Source: Escherichia coli
GTDB taxonomy: Bacteria; Pseudomonadota; Gammaproteobacteria; Enterobacterales; Enterobacteriaceae
Assembly: GCF_002854065.1 (NCBI RefSeq)
Contig: NZ_CP024147.1
DNA length: 64,000 nucleotides
Strand: one strand, 5' to 3'
Numbering within the stretch: position 1 is the stretch's first letter; each line of letters opens with the position of its first letter. This document shows positions 1 to 10,434 of this stretch, piece after piece. The position numbers and the translations under genes are program-made. The notes below the pieces were generated by a model that saw only the letters and a list, made by a program, of their open reading frames with translations, searched no databases and had not been told where the DNA came from.

Positions 1-445
1 GCAGCGGATAAAGTTCATCCGGCCAGTCATCCGGCAGCACCAGACGGCGTTCATCCGGCAGCCCTACCGGAATCAAACCGTACATATCGCGCACTTCGCG
101 CTCGCCCCACACCGCCGCCGGAACGCGCGGCGTCACGGACGGATACTCCGGTTTGTTGGCATCAACTTCGACGCGAACCGTTACCCAACACTTGGTGCCC
201 TTCTCCATCGACAGCACGTAATAAACGGCGTAATGACCATTCAGTTTGCGTTCGTCGTTACCAAACAGTACCGACAGCCAGCCACCCTGTTTGTAGTAAA
301 GAAACTCCACCACTTCCGGCAGGTAGTTCACCTTTACGGTGACAGTCAGCTGATCTTTGGTCTGCCAGGCGTGGTCCAGCACGACGCCCGGAAATGCCTC
401 ATTCAGCGCGGCGAGATAATGTTGACCTAATTTTTCTTCAGACAT
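1..445 (-). CDS. hycE: Formate hydrogenlyase hydrogenase-3 large subunit, N-terminal part; gene continues past window start
   Basis: Reverse translation from ATG at 445 gives MSEEKLGQHYLAALNEAF..., recognised HycE N-terminus; no stop before window edge. Confidence 0.9.
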   Translation of the reverse strand, partial: MSEEKLGQHYLAALNEAFPGVVLDHAWQTKDQLTVTVKVNYLPEVVEFLYYKQGGWLSVLFGNDERKLNGHYAVYYVLSMEKGTKCWVTVRVEVDANKPEYPSVTPRVPAAVWGEREVRDMYGLIPVGLPDERRLVLPDDWPDELYPL

Positions 446-462
446 GCTCAAACTCTCTTTAA

Positions 463-1386
463 TCACGCCGCCAGCAAGGAGACGAACGCTAAAAATGCAA
501 AGCCAAACCCAGCCCAGGTAATGCGCGGAGTAATATCAAGACGCAGACGGGCCATGCTGTTTTCGAACAGCGCGATAACCAGGACGCCGACCACCAGTTT
601 GACGATGGCAATCACCAACGCCAGCAGCAGCCCACCGACGGTGAAGGTTTCCATTTGTCCCCACGGAATAAACACCCCGACGAACATCTGCAGCACCACC
701 AACTGTTTCAGGCTGATACCCCATTTCATGACGCCAAAGCCGCTGCCGCTGTACTCAGAGAGCGGACCTTCCTGCAACTCCTGCTCGGCTTCCGCCAGGT
801 CGAACGGCAGTTTTCCCATTTCGATAAAAGTGGCGAACGCACAGGCACAAAGCGCCAGCACCAGCGGGATGCTCTGGCTCAGCGGCCAGTGATAAACGGT
901 GTCGGTGATGTTGCTGATGTTGGTGGAACCGGCAACCTGTGCGGCAACCCACAGACCAAGCAGCAGCATCGGTTCGACCAGCACGCCAAGCATCGCTTCA
1001 CGGCTCGCGCCGATAGCAGTAAACGGGCTACCGGTATCCAGACCGGAAATGGCAAAGAAGAAACGCGCGATGGCAAAGAGATACAGTAAGGTGATCAAAT
1101 CGCCCAGTTGCGGCAGCGGAGAACCAACGGTCACCACCGGCAGCGCAGTAGCGATAGTCAGCATGACGCCCACCATCACATACGGCGTCAGGCGGAACAC
1201 CCAGCCGGAGGCATCCGGGCCAACGCTCTGACGCCCCAGCAGTTTGATAATGTCGCGATACTCCTGCAACACGCCCGGCCCGCGACGGTTATGCAAGCGG
1301 GCGCGCGCCACGCGGGTTATACCGGAGAGCAGCGGCGCAACGGCAAATAACACCAGCGCCTGAATTAACGGATATAAAACACTCAT
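463..1386 (-). CDS. hycD: Formate hydrogenlyase membrane subunit HycD
   Basis: 307-aa ORF, polytopic membrane protein, expected position in hyc operon. Confidence 0.9.
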   Translation of the reverse strand: MSVLYPLIQALVLFAVAPLLSGITRVARARLHNRRGPGVLQEYRDIIKLLGRQSVGPDASGWVFRLTPYVMVGVMLTIATALPVVTVGSPLPQLGDLITLLYLFAIARFFFAISGLDTGSPFTAIGASREAMLGVLVEPMLLLGLWVAAQVAGSTNISNITDTVYHWPLSQSIPLVLALCACAFATFIEMGKLPFDLAEAEQELQEGPLSEYSGSGFGVMKWGISLKQLVVLQMFVGVFIPWGQMETFTVGGLLLALVIAIVKLVVGVLVIALFENSMARLRLDITPRITWAGFGFAFLAFVSLLAA

Positions 1387-1388
1387 TC

Positions 1389-3215
1389 TCAGGCTCCTCG
1401 TGAAACAATAATCACCACCAGTACCGCCAGTTCAACCAGCGCCATCCGGCGGAACAGCAACGCACTCCCCTCGCACTGCCAGCCCGGCACCAGCGACACC
1501 GGATTCAGCCATTTGCGCAGTTTCAGCACCGGCGCAAACGCCTGTTTCACCGGCATGGCAAAACCGTGAGCGGTAATCACCATTGATTTTTCGTGGTCGT
1601 AACCGCACACCCAGGCCGCACCGCGGGAACGCGATGGCAAACGATCGCCTTTGCAAATCGCCATAATGATGAATGGCAGCAGCGGGCAGGCAATCAGCAG
1701 CAACGTGATCATCGGTTGAGAAACGGTGGTGTTAGCAGGCTCCAGCGGCAGAGGTACAGCAGCAGACAGCATCGGCAGCAGCCACGGCGCAGCAACACCG
1801 CCAATTACGCAGCAAATCGCCAGTGCCACTACGCTTACGCTCATCAGGAGCGGCGCACAGGTGGCGTTTTCGGCTTCTTTGGTACGCGGCGCGCCGAGGA
1901 ACGTGACGCCATAGACTTTCGCCATACACATAACCGCCAGCGCACCGGTAATTGCCAGCCCCACAGCGAGCAGCGGCCCCAGCAGACGTGCAACAAACGC
2001 GCCACTATTGCTCAGTTTGAAAAAGGATTGATAGATAACCCATTCCCCGGCAAACCCGTTCAGCGGCGGCAGCGCAGCCATTGCCATCAACCCGACTAAC
2101 ATGGCGATGGAGATAACCGGCATTTTCTTGCCAATACCACCGAGTTTTTCGATATCGCGATGACCGGTACGGAACCAGACGCTCCCCGCCCCGAGGAACA
2201 GTACGCTTTTGAACAGGCTATGGTTAAGCAGATGGTACAGACCACCGACCAGGCCAAGAGCAATCAGCGCCGGTTGTTCGAGCGCGATACCCGTTACGCC
2301 AGCGCCCAGCCCCAGCAGGATAATGCCGATATTTTCCAGGGTGTGGTAAGCCAGTAGACGCTGGATGTTATGCTCCATCAGCGCATACAGACCACCGACG
2401 AACGCGGTGATCATACCGAGCACCAGCAGCGCGATCCCCCACCACAGCGGTGCATTACCACCCAGCAGCGACAGGGTTAAAATGCCCAGCAGGCCAATTT
2501 TCATGACTACCGTAGAAAACAACGCGGCAGCTGGCGCAGAGGCGTTCGCATGTGCCTGCGGCACCCAGCCGTGCAGCGGAATAATCCCGGCCAGCAGGCC
2601 AAAGCCAATCACACCGAGCAGCCAGATATCGGAACCGAGCGGCAGCTGTTGCATACGCATATCCAGCAGGCGCAGATCCAGCGTGCCGTAACGCTGCCAC
2701 AGCAGCCAGCAAGCAATCGCCAGCAGCAGAGTGCCAAGACGCCCCAGCGCAAACCACAGTTTGCCCTCTTTGCTGTTGTTGGTGAGGAACACCGCACACA
2801 AGGCCATGACTTCAGCCATTACCACGAACATGCCGAGGTTGCTGGCGATGACGGCGCAGACGGCGGCAGCCATCAACATATTGATCTGCAAGCCGTTGCA
2901 CTTCACCTGCGCGTGGCGATGCCAGTCAATGTTGTAGAGGCTGACAAACAGACCGCACAGACCGAGCGTAATCAGCCAAATCGCGTTAAGCGGAGAGATT
3001 TGCACATCGTAGCTTACCAGCGACAGCGCACCGCTCACGCCAACCGCGCCAGTCAGTACTGTGAAGCCCGCTGCTGCCGTATACAGACTACCAACCGCGC
3101 CGCCAATTCCGGCTATCCAGCCGCTTAGCGCCTTTTGAAAAGAAAAGAGAAATGCCAGAACAGCGGCGGCGACAAACCACGCCACGCCGCTATTGATCAG
3201 GGAAATTGCGCTCAT
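1389..3215 (-). CDS. hycC: Formate hydrogenlyase membrane subunit HycC (NuoL/MnhA-like)
   Basis: 608-aa ORF, antiporter-like membrane protein, operon context. Confidence 0.9.
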   Translation of the reverse strand: MSAISLINSGVAWFVAAAVLAFLFSFQKALSGWIAGIGGAVGSLYTAAAGFTVLTGAVGVSGALSLVSYDVQISPLNAIWLITLGLCGLFVSLYNIDWHRHAQVKCNGLQINMLMAAAVCAVIASNLGMFVVMAEVMALCAVFLTNNSKEGKLWFALGRLGTLLLAIACWLLWQRYGTLDLRLLDMRMQQLPLGSDIWLLGVIGFGLLAGIIPLHGWVPQAHANASAPAAALFSTVVMKIGLLGILTLSLLGGNAPLWWGIALLVLGMITAFVGGLYALMEHNIQRLLAYHTLENIGIILLGLGAGVTGIALEQPALIALGLVGGLYHLLNHSLFKSVLFLGAGSVWFRTGHRDIEKLGGIGKKMPVISIAMLVGLMAMAALPPLNGFAGEWVIYQSFFKLSNSGAFVARLLGPLLAVGLAITGALAVMCMAKVYGVTFLGAPRTKEAENATCAPLLMSVSVVALAICCVIGGVAAPWLLPMLSAAVPLPLEPANTTVSQPMITLLLIACPLLPFIIMAICKGDRLPSRSRGAAWVCGYDHEKSMVITAHGFAMPVKQAFAPVLKLRKWLNPVSLVPGWQCEGSALLFRRMALVELAVLVVIIVSRGA

Positions 3216-3823
3216 TTAGCCTCTCCACTTTGAGCCTGCTGAAACAAGGTGAGATCGCCAAAGTCCGTGTTAAAGGTCAGCTCACGCTTACGTTTGCTGA
3301 CGCGGGCGATATCGGTGTTATCCACCAGATGCAGGGCTTTAGTCGGGCACATCCGCACGCAGGCCGGACCTTGTTCATCAAAGCTACAAAGGTCACATTT
3401 GACGGCGATCGCGCGAATACCTGGCACCCAGTCAAGCAATGTGCTGACACGCGCCGGAGCAGGCGGTGCCGGTGGCGCTTTCGGGGTATTGGCGTTTGCC
3501 GGAATATCCAGCGGACGGCTGCCGGAAAATTCGATTGCGCCAAACGGGCAGGCGATGCCGCACAGTTTGCAGCTTACGCACAGACTTTCATTCAACTGCA
3601 CGGCCCCATCAACGCGGGTGATGGCGTTAACCGGGCAGACCACCGCGCAGGGTGCATCTTCACAGTGGTGACAGAGCTGCGGCGCAGATTCTTTTTCATT
3701 GAGCATCACTCTCAGGCGCGGCATTGATTGCAGGCCGTGCTGGCGATGCGTCTCTGAACAGGCGGCCTCACAAGTGTGGCAACCGATACAGAGCGTGGAG
3801 TCAGCAATTACAAAACGATTCAC
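3212..3823 (-). CDS. hycB: Formate hydrogenlyase 4Fe-4S ferredoxin-type subunit HycB
   Basis: 203-aa ORF with multiple CxxCxxCxxxCP motifs; overlaps hycC start. Confidence 0.9.
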   Translation of the reverse strand: MNRFVIADSTLCIGCHTCEAACSETHRQHGLQSMPRLRVMLNEKESAPQLCHHCEDAPCAVVCPVNAITRVDGAVQLNESLCVSCKLCGIACPFGAIEFSGSRPLDIPANANTPKAPPAPPAPARVSTLLDWVPGIRAIAVKCDLCSFDEQGPACVRMCPTKALHLVDNTDIARVSKRKRELTFNTDFGDLTLFQQAQSGEAK

Positions 3824-3871
3824 CAGGCATTCCTCAGGTGATTGTCATTTTTGACGAAAACATGCCGATGA

Positions 3872-3900
3872 AATGTCATTTTCGACACTCATCGACACGC
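3872..3900. promoter_or_regulatory. Repeated TCGACA motifs, candidate FhlA upstream activating sequence
   Basis: gtcattttcgacactcatcgacacg seen in hycB-hycA spacer; resembles motif at 4512-4550. Confidence 0.3.
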
Positions 3901-3947
3901 CCATCCCCAAACAGGCGTAACGCCTGCAAAACGGGCAAAGCCTCAGC

Positions 3948-4409
3948 TCATGCTGCCGGGCTTTGTCCCTTTACCAGTTGGCTTAAATTCACCGGCACAT
4001 TGTTTTCAATGGCGGTGTATAAGCTGTCGTAAACGCCAGCGATTTTTTCGAGATAGTGTTCCAGAACCTGTTCGCGATCGCGGATGTTGACCTTGCCATC
4101 AATCATGCCGTCAATGCTCAGTTGCGCCTGCGCAATCCGCTGTTTGTCTTCGCCATCTTTTGTTTCGACGTAATACTCGATGGTGTGGCTGTTAAAGCCA
4201 TCCGCCAGGGTGACGTAAATACGAAAATGTTCAAAAAGGACGAAACAGAGTTCTTTGTCCGGCGCGCAGCTCATGGCGTGATGCAGGCGCGCTTTCGATA
4301 ACGTGATCCCCTGAACCAGCGAATTGCAGTAGATGTGCCACTGGTCCTGTAGGCGACGATGCCGCTGTGCGATGTAATCGGCTTTCTCGCTTATTTCCCA
4401 AATAGTCAT
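3948..4409 (-). CDS. hycA: Formate hydrogenlyase regulatory protein HycA
   Basis: 153-aa ORF, first gene of hyc operon, divergent from hypA. Confidence 0.9.
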   Translation of the reverse strand: MTIWEISEKADYIAQRHRRLQDQWHIYCNSLVQGITLSKARLHHAMSCAPDKELCFVLFEHFRIYVTLADGFNSHTIEYYVETKDGEDKQRIAQAQLSIDGMIDGKVNIRDREQVLEHYLEKIAGVYDSLYTAIENNVPVNLSQLVKGQSPAA

Positions 4410-4445
4410 TGTCAGGTTACCCGTTTAACAGAGATGCCAGCTTTA

Positions 4446-4461
4446 AGCATTTTTTGTGCCA
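4446..4461 (-). promoter_or_regulatory. Candidate sigma54 promoter (-24 TGGCAC / -12 TGC) for hyc operon
   Basis: Minus strand reads TGGCACAAAAAATGCT upstream of hycA. Confidence 0.45.
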
Positions 4462-4511
4462 ACTTTTAATTTATTGTTATTAAAGCGATTTTTAAGATTT
4501 TGGTGAATTTC

Positions 4512-4550
4512 GTCGCCGTGTCGACGTGTCATTTCGACATCATCGACATT
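4512..4550. promoter_or_regulatory. Candidate FhlA upstream activating sequence, palindromic TGTCGA repeats
   Basis: gtgtcgacgtgtcatttcgacatcatcgaca between divergent sigma54 promoters. Confidence 0.4.
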
Positions 4551-4574
4551 ATTCACTGCAGGGATAATCAACAC

Positions 4575-4590
4575 TGGCACAATTATTGCT
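4575..4590 (+). promoter_or_regulatory. Candidate sigma54 promoter (TGGCAC-N5-TTGCT) for hyp operon
   Basis: TGGCACAATTATTGCT, about 30 nt upstream of hypA start. Confidence 0.5.
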
Positions 4591-4620
4591 TGTAGCTGGC
4601 AATAGTTAATGGGAGGCGAT

Positions 4621-4971
4621 ATGCACGAAATAACCCTCTGCCAACGGGCACTGGAATTGATCGAACAGCAGGCCGCAAAACACGGCGCAAAACGCGTAAC
4701 TGGGGTCTGGCTCAAAATTGGCGCATTTTCTTGTGTCGAAACCAGCTCTCTTGCCTTTTGTTTTGATCTGGTTTGCCGCGGCAGCGTGGCGGAAGGTTGT
4801 AAACTGCACCTCGAAGAACAAGAGGCCGAATGCTGGTGTGAAACATGCCAACAGTATGTGACGCTACTGACCCAGCGCGTCCGCCGCTGTCCACAGTGTC
4901 ATGGTGACATGCTACAGATTGTGGCAGACGACGGTTTACAGATTCGGCGGATAGAAATAGACCAGGAGTGA
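4621..4971 (+). CDS. hypA: Hydrogenase nickel incorporation protein HypA
   Basis: Starts MHEITLCQRALELIEQ, GGGAGG RBS, CxxC zinc motifs; 116 aa. Confidence 0.9.
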   Translation: MHEITLCQRALELIEQQAAKHGAKRVTGVWLKIGAFSCVETSSLAFCFDLVCRGSVAEGCKLHLEEQEAECWCETCQQYVTLLTQRVRRCPQCHGDMLQIVADDGLQIRRIEIDQE

Positions 4972-4974
4972 GCG

Positions 4975-5847
4975 ATGTGTACAACATGCGGTTGCGGTGA
5001 AGGCAACCTGTATATCGAGGGTGATGAACATAACCCTCATTCCGCGTTTCGTAGCGCGCCATTTGCCCCGGCGGCACGCCCGAAGATGAAAATCACCGGC
5101 ATTAAAGCGCCTGAATTTATCCCCAGCCAGACTGAAGAAGGCGACCTGCATTACGGTCATGGCGAAGCGGGCACTCACGCACCGGGCATGAGCCAGCGCC
5201 GGATGCTGGAAGTCGAAATTGACGTGCTGGACAAAAACAACCGTCTGGCTGAACGCAACCGCGCGCGCTTTGCTGCCCGCAAGCAACTGGTGCTCAACCT
5301 GGTTTCCAGCCCTGGTTCCGGTAAAACCACCCTGCTGACGGAAACCTTAATGCGCCTGAAAGACAGTGTTCCGTGCGCGGTTATTGAAGGTGACCAGCAA
5401 ACCGTGAACGATGCCGCACGCATTCGCGCTACCGGCACACCAGCGATTCAGGTGAATACCGGTAAAGGCTGCCATCTTGACGCACAGATGATTGCTGACG
5501 CCGCACCGCGCCTGCCACTGGACGATAACGGTATTCTGTTTATCGAAAACGTTGGCAACCTCGTATGCCCGGCGAGCTTCGATCTCGGTGAAAAACACAA
5601 AGTGGCGGTGCTTTCCGTTACCGAAGGTGAAGACAAACCGCTGAAATATCCGCATATGTTTGCCGCCGCCTCGCTGATGCTGCTCAACAAAGTTGACCTG
5701 TTGCCGTATCTCAACTTTGACGTTGAGAAGTGCATCGCCTGCGCCCGCGAAGTCAATCCAGAAATTGAAATCATCCTTATTTCCGCCACCAGCGGCGAAG
5801 GGATGGACCAGTGGCTGAACTGGCTGGAGACACAGCGATGTGCATAG
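4975..5847 (+). CDS. hypB: Hydrogenase maturation GTPase/nickel-binding protein HypB
   Basis: 290-aa ORF with N-terminal CxxCGC metal site and GSGKTT P-loop. Confidence 0.9.
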   Translation: MCTTCGCGEGNLYIEGDEHNPHSAFRSAPFAPAARPKMKITGIKAPEFIPSQTEEGDLHYGHGEAGTHAPGMSQRRMLEVEIDVLDKNNRLAERNRARFAARKQLVLNLVSSPGSGKTTLLTETLMRLKDSVPCAVIEGDQQTVNDAARIRATGTPAIQVNTGKGCHLDAQMIADAAPRLPLDDNGILFIENVGNLVCPASFDLGEKHKVAVLSVTEGEDKPLKYPHMFAAASLMLLNKVDLLPYLNFDVEKCIACAREVNPEIEIILISATSGEGMDQWLNWLETQRCA

Positions 5848-6110
5848 GCGTTCCCGGCCAGATCCGCACCATTGACGGTAACCAGGCGAAAGTCGACGTC
5901 TGCGGCATTCAGCGCGATGTCGATTTAACGTTAGTCGGCAGCTGCGATGAAAACGGTCAGCCGCGCGTGGGCCAGTGGGTACTGGTTCACGTTGGCTTTG
6001 CCATGAGCGTAATTAATGAAGCCGAAGCACGCGACACTCTCGACGCCTTACAAAACATGTTTGACGTTGAGCCGGATGTCGGCGCGCTGTTGTATGGCGA
6101 GGAAAAATAA
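5838..6110 (+). CDS. hypC: Hydrogenase maturation chaperone HypC
   Basis: [11 protein letters not shown]-terminus; start chosen inside the longer ORF; 90 aa. Confidence 0.85.
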   Translation: MCIGVPGQIRTIDGNQAKVDVCGIQRDVDLTLVGSCDENGQPRVGQWVLVHVGFAMSVINEAEARDTLDALQNMFDVEPDVGALLYGEEK

Positions 6111-7231
6111 TGCGTTTTGTTGATGAATATCGCGCGCCGGAACAGGTGATGCAGTTAATTGAGCATCTGCGCGAACGTGCTTCACATCTCTCTTACACAG
6201 CCGAACGCCCTCTGCGGATTATGGAAGTGTGTGGCGGTCATACTCACGCTATCTTTAAATTCGGCCTCGACCAGTTACTGCCGGAAAACGTTGAGTTTAT
6301 CCACGGTCCGGGTTGCCCGGTGTGCGTACTGCCGATGGGTAGAATCGACACCTGCGTGGAGATTGCCAGCCATCCGGAAGTCATCTTCTGTACCTTTGGC
6401 GACGCCATGCGCGTACCAGGGAAACAGGGATCGCTGTTGCAGGCAAAAGCACGCGGTGCCGATGTGCGTATCGTTTACTCGCCGATGGATGCGTTGAAAC
6501 TGGCGCAGGAGAATCCAACCCGCAAAGTGGTGTTCTTCGGCTTAGGTTTTGAAACCACCATGCCGACCACCGCTATCACTCTGCAACAGGCGAAAGCGCG
6601 TGATGTGCAGAATTTTTACTTCTTCTGCCAGCACATTACGCTTATCCCGACGCTTCGCAGTTTGCTGGAACAGCCGAATAACGGTATCGACGCGTTCCTC
6701 GCGCCGGGGCACGTTAGTATGGTTATCGGCACTGATGCCTATAATTTTATCGCCAGCGATTTTCATCGTCCGCTGGTGGTCGCTGGTTTCGAACCCCTTG
6801 ATCTACTGCAAGGCGTGGTGATGCTGGTGGAGCAGAAAATAGCGGCCCACAGCAAGGTAGAGAATCAGTATCGTCGGGTGGTACCGGATGCCGGTAACCT
6901 GCTGGCGCAACAGGCGATTGCCGATGTGTTCTGTGTCAACGGCGACAGCGAATGGCGCGGCTTAGGCGTGATTGAATCTTCTGGCGTGCACCTGACGCCG
7001 GATTATCAACGATTCGATGCCGAAGCACATTTCCGCCCGGCACCGCAGCAGGTCTGCGATGACCCGCGCGCGCGTTGTGGTGAGGTATTAACGGGCAAAT
7101 GTAAGCCGCATCAATGCCCGCTGTTTGGTAACACCTGTAATCCTCAAACCGCATTTGGTGCACTGATGGTCTCCTCCGAAGGAGCGTGCGCCGCGTGGTA
7201 TCAGTATCGTCAGCAGGAGAGTGAAGCGTGA
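6110..7231 (+). CDS. hypD: Hydrogenase maturation Fe-S protein HypD
   Basis: 373-aa ORF, conserved CGxH and CPVC motifs. Confidence 0.9.
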   Translation: MRFVDEYRAPEQVMQLIEHLRERASHLSYTAERPLRIMEVCGGHTHAIFKFGLDQLLPENVEFIHGPGCPVCVLPMGRIDTCVEIASHPEVIFCTFGDAMRVPGKQGSLLQAKARGADVRIVYSPMDALKLAQENPTRKVVFFGLGFETTMPTTAITLQQAKARDVQNFYFFCQHITLIPTLRSLLEQPNNGIDAFLAPGHVSMVIGTDAYNFIASDFHRPLVVAGFEPLDLLQGVVMLVEQKIAAHSKVENQYRRVVPDAGNLLAQQAIADVFCVNGDSEWRGLGVIESSGVHLTPDYQRFDAEAHFRPAPQQVCDDPRARCGEVLTGKCKPHQCPLFGNTCNPQTAFGALMVSSEGACAAWYQYRQQESEA

Positions 7232-8238
7232 ATAATATCCAACTCGCCCACGGCAGCGGCGGCCAGGCGATGCAGCAATTAATCAACAGCCTGTTTTTGG
7301 AAGCCTTTGCCAACCCGTGGCTGGCAGAGCAGGAAGATCAGGCACGTCTTGATCTGGCGCAACTGATAGCGGAAGGCGACCGTCTGGCGTTCTCCACCGA
7401 CAGTTACGTTATTGACCCGCTGTTCTTCCCTGGCGGTAATATCGGCAAGCTGGCGATTTGCGGCACAGCCAATGACGTTGCGGTCAGTGGTGCCATTCCG
7501 CGCTATCTCTCCTGTGGCTTTATCCTCGAAGAAGGATTGCCGATGGAGACACTGAAAGCCGTAGTGACCAGCATGGCAGAAACCGCCCGCACGGCAGGCA
7601 TTGCCATCGTTACTGGCGATACTAAAGTGGTGCAGCGCGGCGCGGCAGATAAACTGTTTATCAACACCGCGGGCATGGGCGCAATTCCGGTGAATATTCA
7701 CTGGGGCGCACAGACGCTAACCGCAGGCGATGTATTGCTGGTTAGCGGTACACTCGGCGACCACGGGGCGACTATCCTTAACCTGCGTGAGCAGCTGGGG
7801 CTGGATGGCGAACTGGTCAGCGACTGCGCGGTGCTGACGCCCCTTATTCAGACGCTGCGTGACATTCCCGGCGTGAAAGCGCTGCGTGATGCCACCCGTG
7901 GTGGTGTAAACGCGGTGGTTCATGAGTTCGCGGCAGCCTGCGGTTGCGGTATTGAAATTTCTGAATCAGCGCTGCCGGTTAAACCTGCCGTGCGCGGCGT
8001 TTGCGAATTGCTGGGACTGGACGCCCTGAACTTTGCCAACGAAGGCAAACTGGTGATCGCCGTTGAACGCAACGCGGCAGAGCAAGTGCTGGCAGCGTTA
8101 CATTCCCATCCACTGGGGAAAGACGCGGCGCTGATTGGTGAAGTGGTGGAACGTAAAGGTGTTCGTCTTGCCGGTCTGTATGGCGTGAAACGAACCCTCG
8201 ATTTACCACACGCCGAACCGCTTCCGCGTATATGCTAA
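7228..8238 (+). CDS. hypE: Hydrogenase maturation protein HypE
   Basis: 336-aa ORF, AIR-synthase-like, overlaps hypD stop. Confidence 0.9.
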   Translation: MNNIQLAHGSGGQAMQQLINSLFLEAFANPWLAEQEDQARLDLAQLIAEGDRLAFSTDSYVIDPLFFPGGNIGKLAICGTANDVAVSGAIPRYLSCGFILEEGLPMETLKAVVTSMAETARTAGIAIVTGDTKVVQRGAADKLFINTAGMGAIPVNIHWGAQTLTAGDVLLVSGTLGDHGATILNLREQLGLDGELVSDCAVLTPLIQTLRDIPGVKALRDATRGGVNAVVHEFAAACGCGIEISESALPVKPAVRGVCELLGLDALNFANEGKLVIAVERNAAEQVLAALHSHPLGKDAALIGEVVERKGVRLAGLYGVKRTLDLPHAEPLPRIC

Positions 8239-8311
8239 TAAAATTCTAAATCTCCTATAGTTAGTCAATGACCTTTTGCACCGCTTTGCGGTGCTTTCCT
8301 GGAAGAACAAA

Positions 8312-10390
8312 ATGTCATATACACCGATGAGTGATCTCGGACAGCAAGGGTTGTTCGACATCACTCGGACACTATTGCAGCAGCCCGATCTGGCCTCGCT
8401 GTGTGAGGCTCTTTCGCAACTGGTAAAGCGTTCTGCGCTCGCCGACAACGCGGCTATTGTGTTGTGGCAAGCGCAGACTCAACGTGCGTCTTATTACGCA
8501 TCGCGTGAAAAAGACACCCCCATTAAATATGAAGACGAAACTGTTCTGGCACACGGTCCGGTACGCAGCATTTTGTCGCGCCCTGATACGCTGCATTGCA
8601 GTTACGAAGAATTTTGTGAAACCTGGCCGCAGCTGGCCGCAGGTGGGCTATACCCAAAATTTGCTCACTATTGCCTGATGCCACTGGCGGCGGAAGGGCA
8701 TATTTTTGGTGGCTGTGAATTTATTCGTTATGACGATCGCCCCTGGAGCGAAAAAGAGTTCAATCGTCTGCAAACATTTACGCAGATCGTTTCTGTCGTC
8801 ACCGAACAAATCCAGAGTCGCGTCGTTAACAATGTCGACTATGAGTTGTTATGCCGGGAACGCGATAACTTCCGCATCCTGGTCGCCATCACCAACGCGG
8901 TGCTTTCCCGCCTGGATATGGACGAACTGGTCAGCGAAGTCGCCAAAGAAATCCATTACTATTTCGATATTGACGATATCAGTATCGTCTTACGCAGCCA
9001 CCGTAAAAACAAACTCAACATCTACTCCACTCACTATCTTGATAAACAGCATCCCGCCCACGAACAGAGCGAAGTCGATGAAGCCGGAACCCTCACCGAA
9101 CGCGTGTTCAAAAGTAAAGAGATGCTGCTGATTAATCTCCACGAGCGGGATGATTTAGCCCCCTATGAACGCATGTTGTTCGATACCTGGGGCAACCAGA
9201 TTCAAACCTTGTGCCTGTTACCGCTGATGTCTGGCGACACCATGCTGGGCGTGCTGAAACTGGCGCAATGTGAAGAGAAAGTGTTTACCACTACCAATCT
9301 GAATTTACTGCGCCAGATTGCCGAACGTGTGGCAATCGCTGTCGATAACGCCCTCGCCTATCAGGAAATCCATCGTCTGAAAGAACGGCTGGTTGATGAA
9401 AACCTCGCCCTGACCGAGCAGCTCAACAATGTTGATAGTGAATTTGGCGAGATTATTGGCCGCAGCGAAGCCATGTACAGCGTGCTTAAACAAGTTGAAA
9501 TGGTGGCGCAAAGTGACAGTACCGTGCTGATCCTCGGTGAAACTGGCACGGGTAAAGAGCTGATTGCCCGTGCTATCCATAATCTCAGTGGGCGTAATAA
9601 TCGCCGCATGGTCAAAATGAACTGCGCGGCGATGCCTGCCGGATTGCTGGAGAGCGATCTGTTTGGTCATGAACGTGGGGCTTTTACTGGTGCCAGCGTC
9701 CAGCGTATCGGTCGTTTTGAACTGGCGGATAAAAGCTCCCTGTTCCTCGACGAAGTGGGCGATATGCCACTGGAGTTACAGCCGAAGTTGCTGCGTGTAT
9801 TGCAGGAACAGGAGTTTGAACGCCTCGGCAGCAACAAAATCATTCAGACGGACGTGCGTCTAATCGCCGCGACTAACCGCGATCTGAAAAAAATGGTCGC
9901 CGACCGAGAGTTCCGTAGCGATCTCTATTACCGCCTGAACGTATTTCCGATCCACCTGCCGCCACTACGCGAGCGTCCGGAAGATATTCCGCTGCTGGCG
10001 AAAGCCTTTACCTTCAAAATTGCCCGTCGTCTGGGGCGCAATATCGACAGCATTCCTGCCGAGACGCTGCGCACCTTGAGCAACATGGAGTGGCCGGGTA
10101 ACGTACGCGAACTGGAAAACGTCATTGAGCGCGCGGTATTGCTAACACGCGGCAACGTGCTGCAGCTGTCATTGCCAGATATTGCTTTACCGGAGCCTGA
10201 AACGCCGCCTGCCGCAACGGTTGTCGCTCAGGAGGGCGAAGATGAATATCAGTTGATTGTTCGCGTGCTGAAAGAAACTAACGGCGTGGTTGCCGGGCCT
10301 AAAGGCGCTGCGCAACGTCTGGGGCTGAAACGCACGACCCTGCTGTCACGGATGAAGCGACTGGGAATTGATAAATCGGCATTGATTTAA
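8312..10390 (+). CDS. fhlA: Formate hydrogenlyase transcriptional activator FhlA (sigma54-dependent)
   Basis: Start at MSYTPMSDL inside longer ORF; GETGTGKE Walker A, GAFTGA motif, C-terminal HTH; 692 aa. Confidence 0.9.
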   Translation: MSYTPMSDLGQQGLFDITRTLLQQPDLASLCEALSQLVKRSALADNAAIVLWQAQTQRASYYASREKDTPIKYEDETVLAHGPVRSILSRPDTLHCSYEEFCETWPQLAAGGLYPKFAHYCLMPLAAEGHIFGGCEFIRYDDRPWSEKEFNRLQTFTQIVSVVTEQIQSRVVNNVDYELLCRERDNFRILVAITNAVLSRLDMDELVSEVAKEIHYYFDIDDISIVLRSHRKNKLNIYSTHYLDKQHPAHEQSEVDEAGTLTERVFKSKEMLLINLHERDDLAPYERMLFDTWGNQIQTLCLLPLMSGDTMLGVLKLAQCEEKVFTTTNLNLLRQIAERVAIAVDNALAYQEIHRLKERLVDENLALTEQLNNVDSEFGEIIGRSEAMYSVLKQVEMVAQSDSTVLILGETGTGKELIARAIHNLSGRNNRRMVKMNCAAMPAGLLESDLFGHERGAFTGASVQRIGRFELADKSSLFLDEVGDMPLELQPKLLRVLQEQEFERLGSNKIIQTDVRLIAATNRDLKKMVADREFRSDLYYRLNVFPIHLPPLRERPEDIPLLAKAFTFKIARRLGRNIDSIPAETLRTLSNMEWPGNVRELENVIERAVLLTRGNVLQLSLPDIALPEPETPPAATVVAQEGEDEYQLIVRVLKETNGVVAGPKGAAQRLGLKRTTLLSRMKRLGIDKSALI

Positions 10391-10434
10391 CAGATGTGGT
10401 TATACTCGATCAACATTCAATGAAAGGAGGCAGT

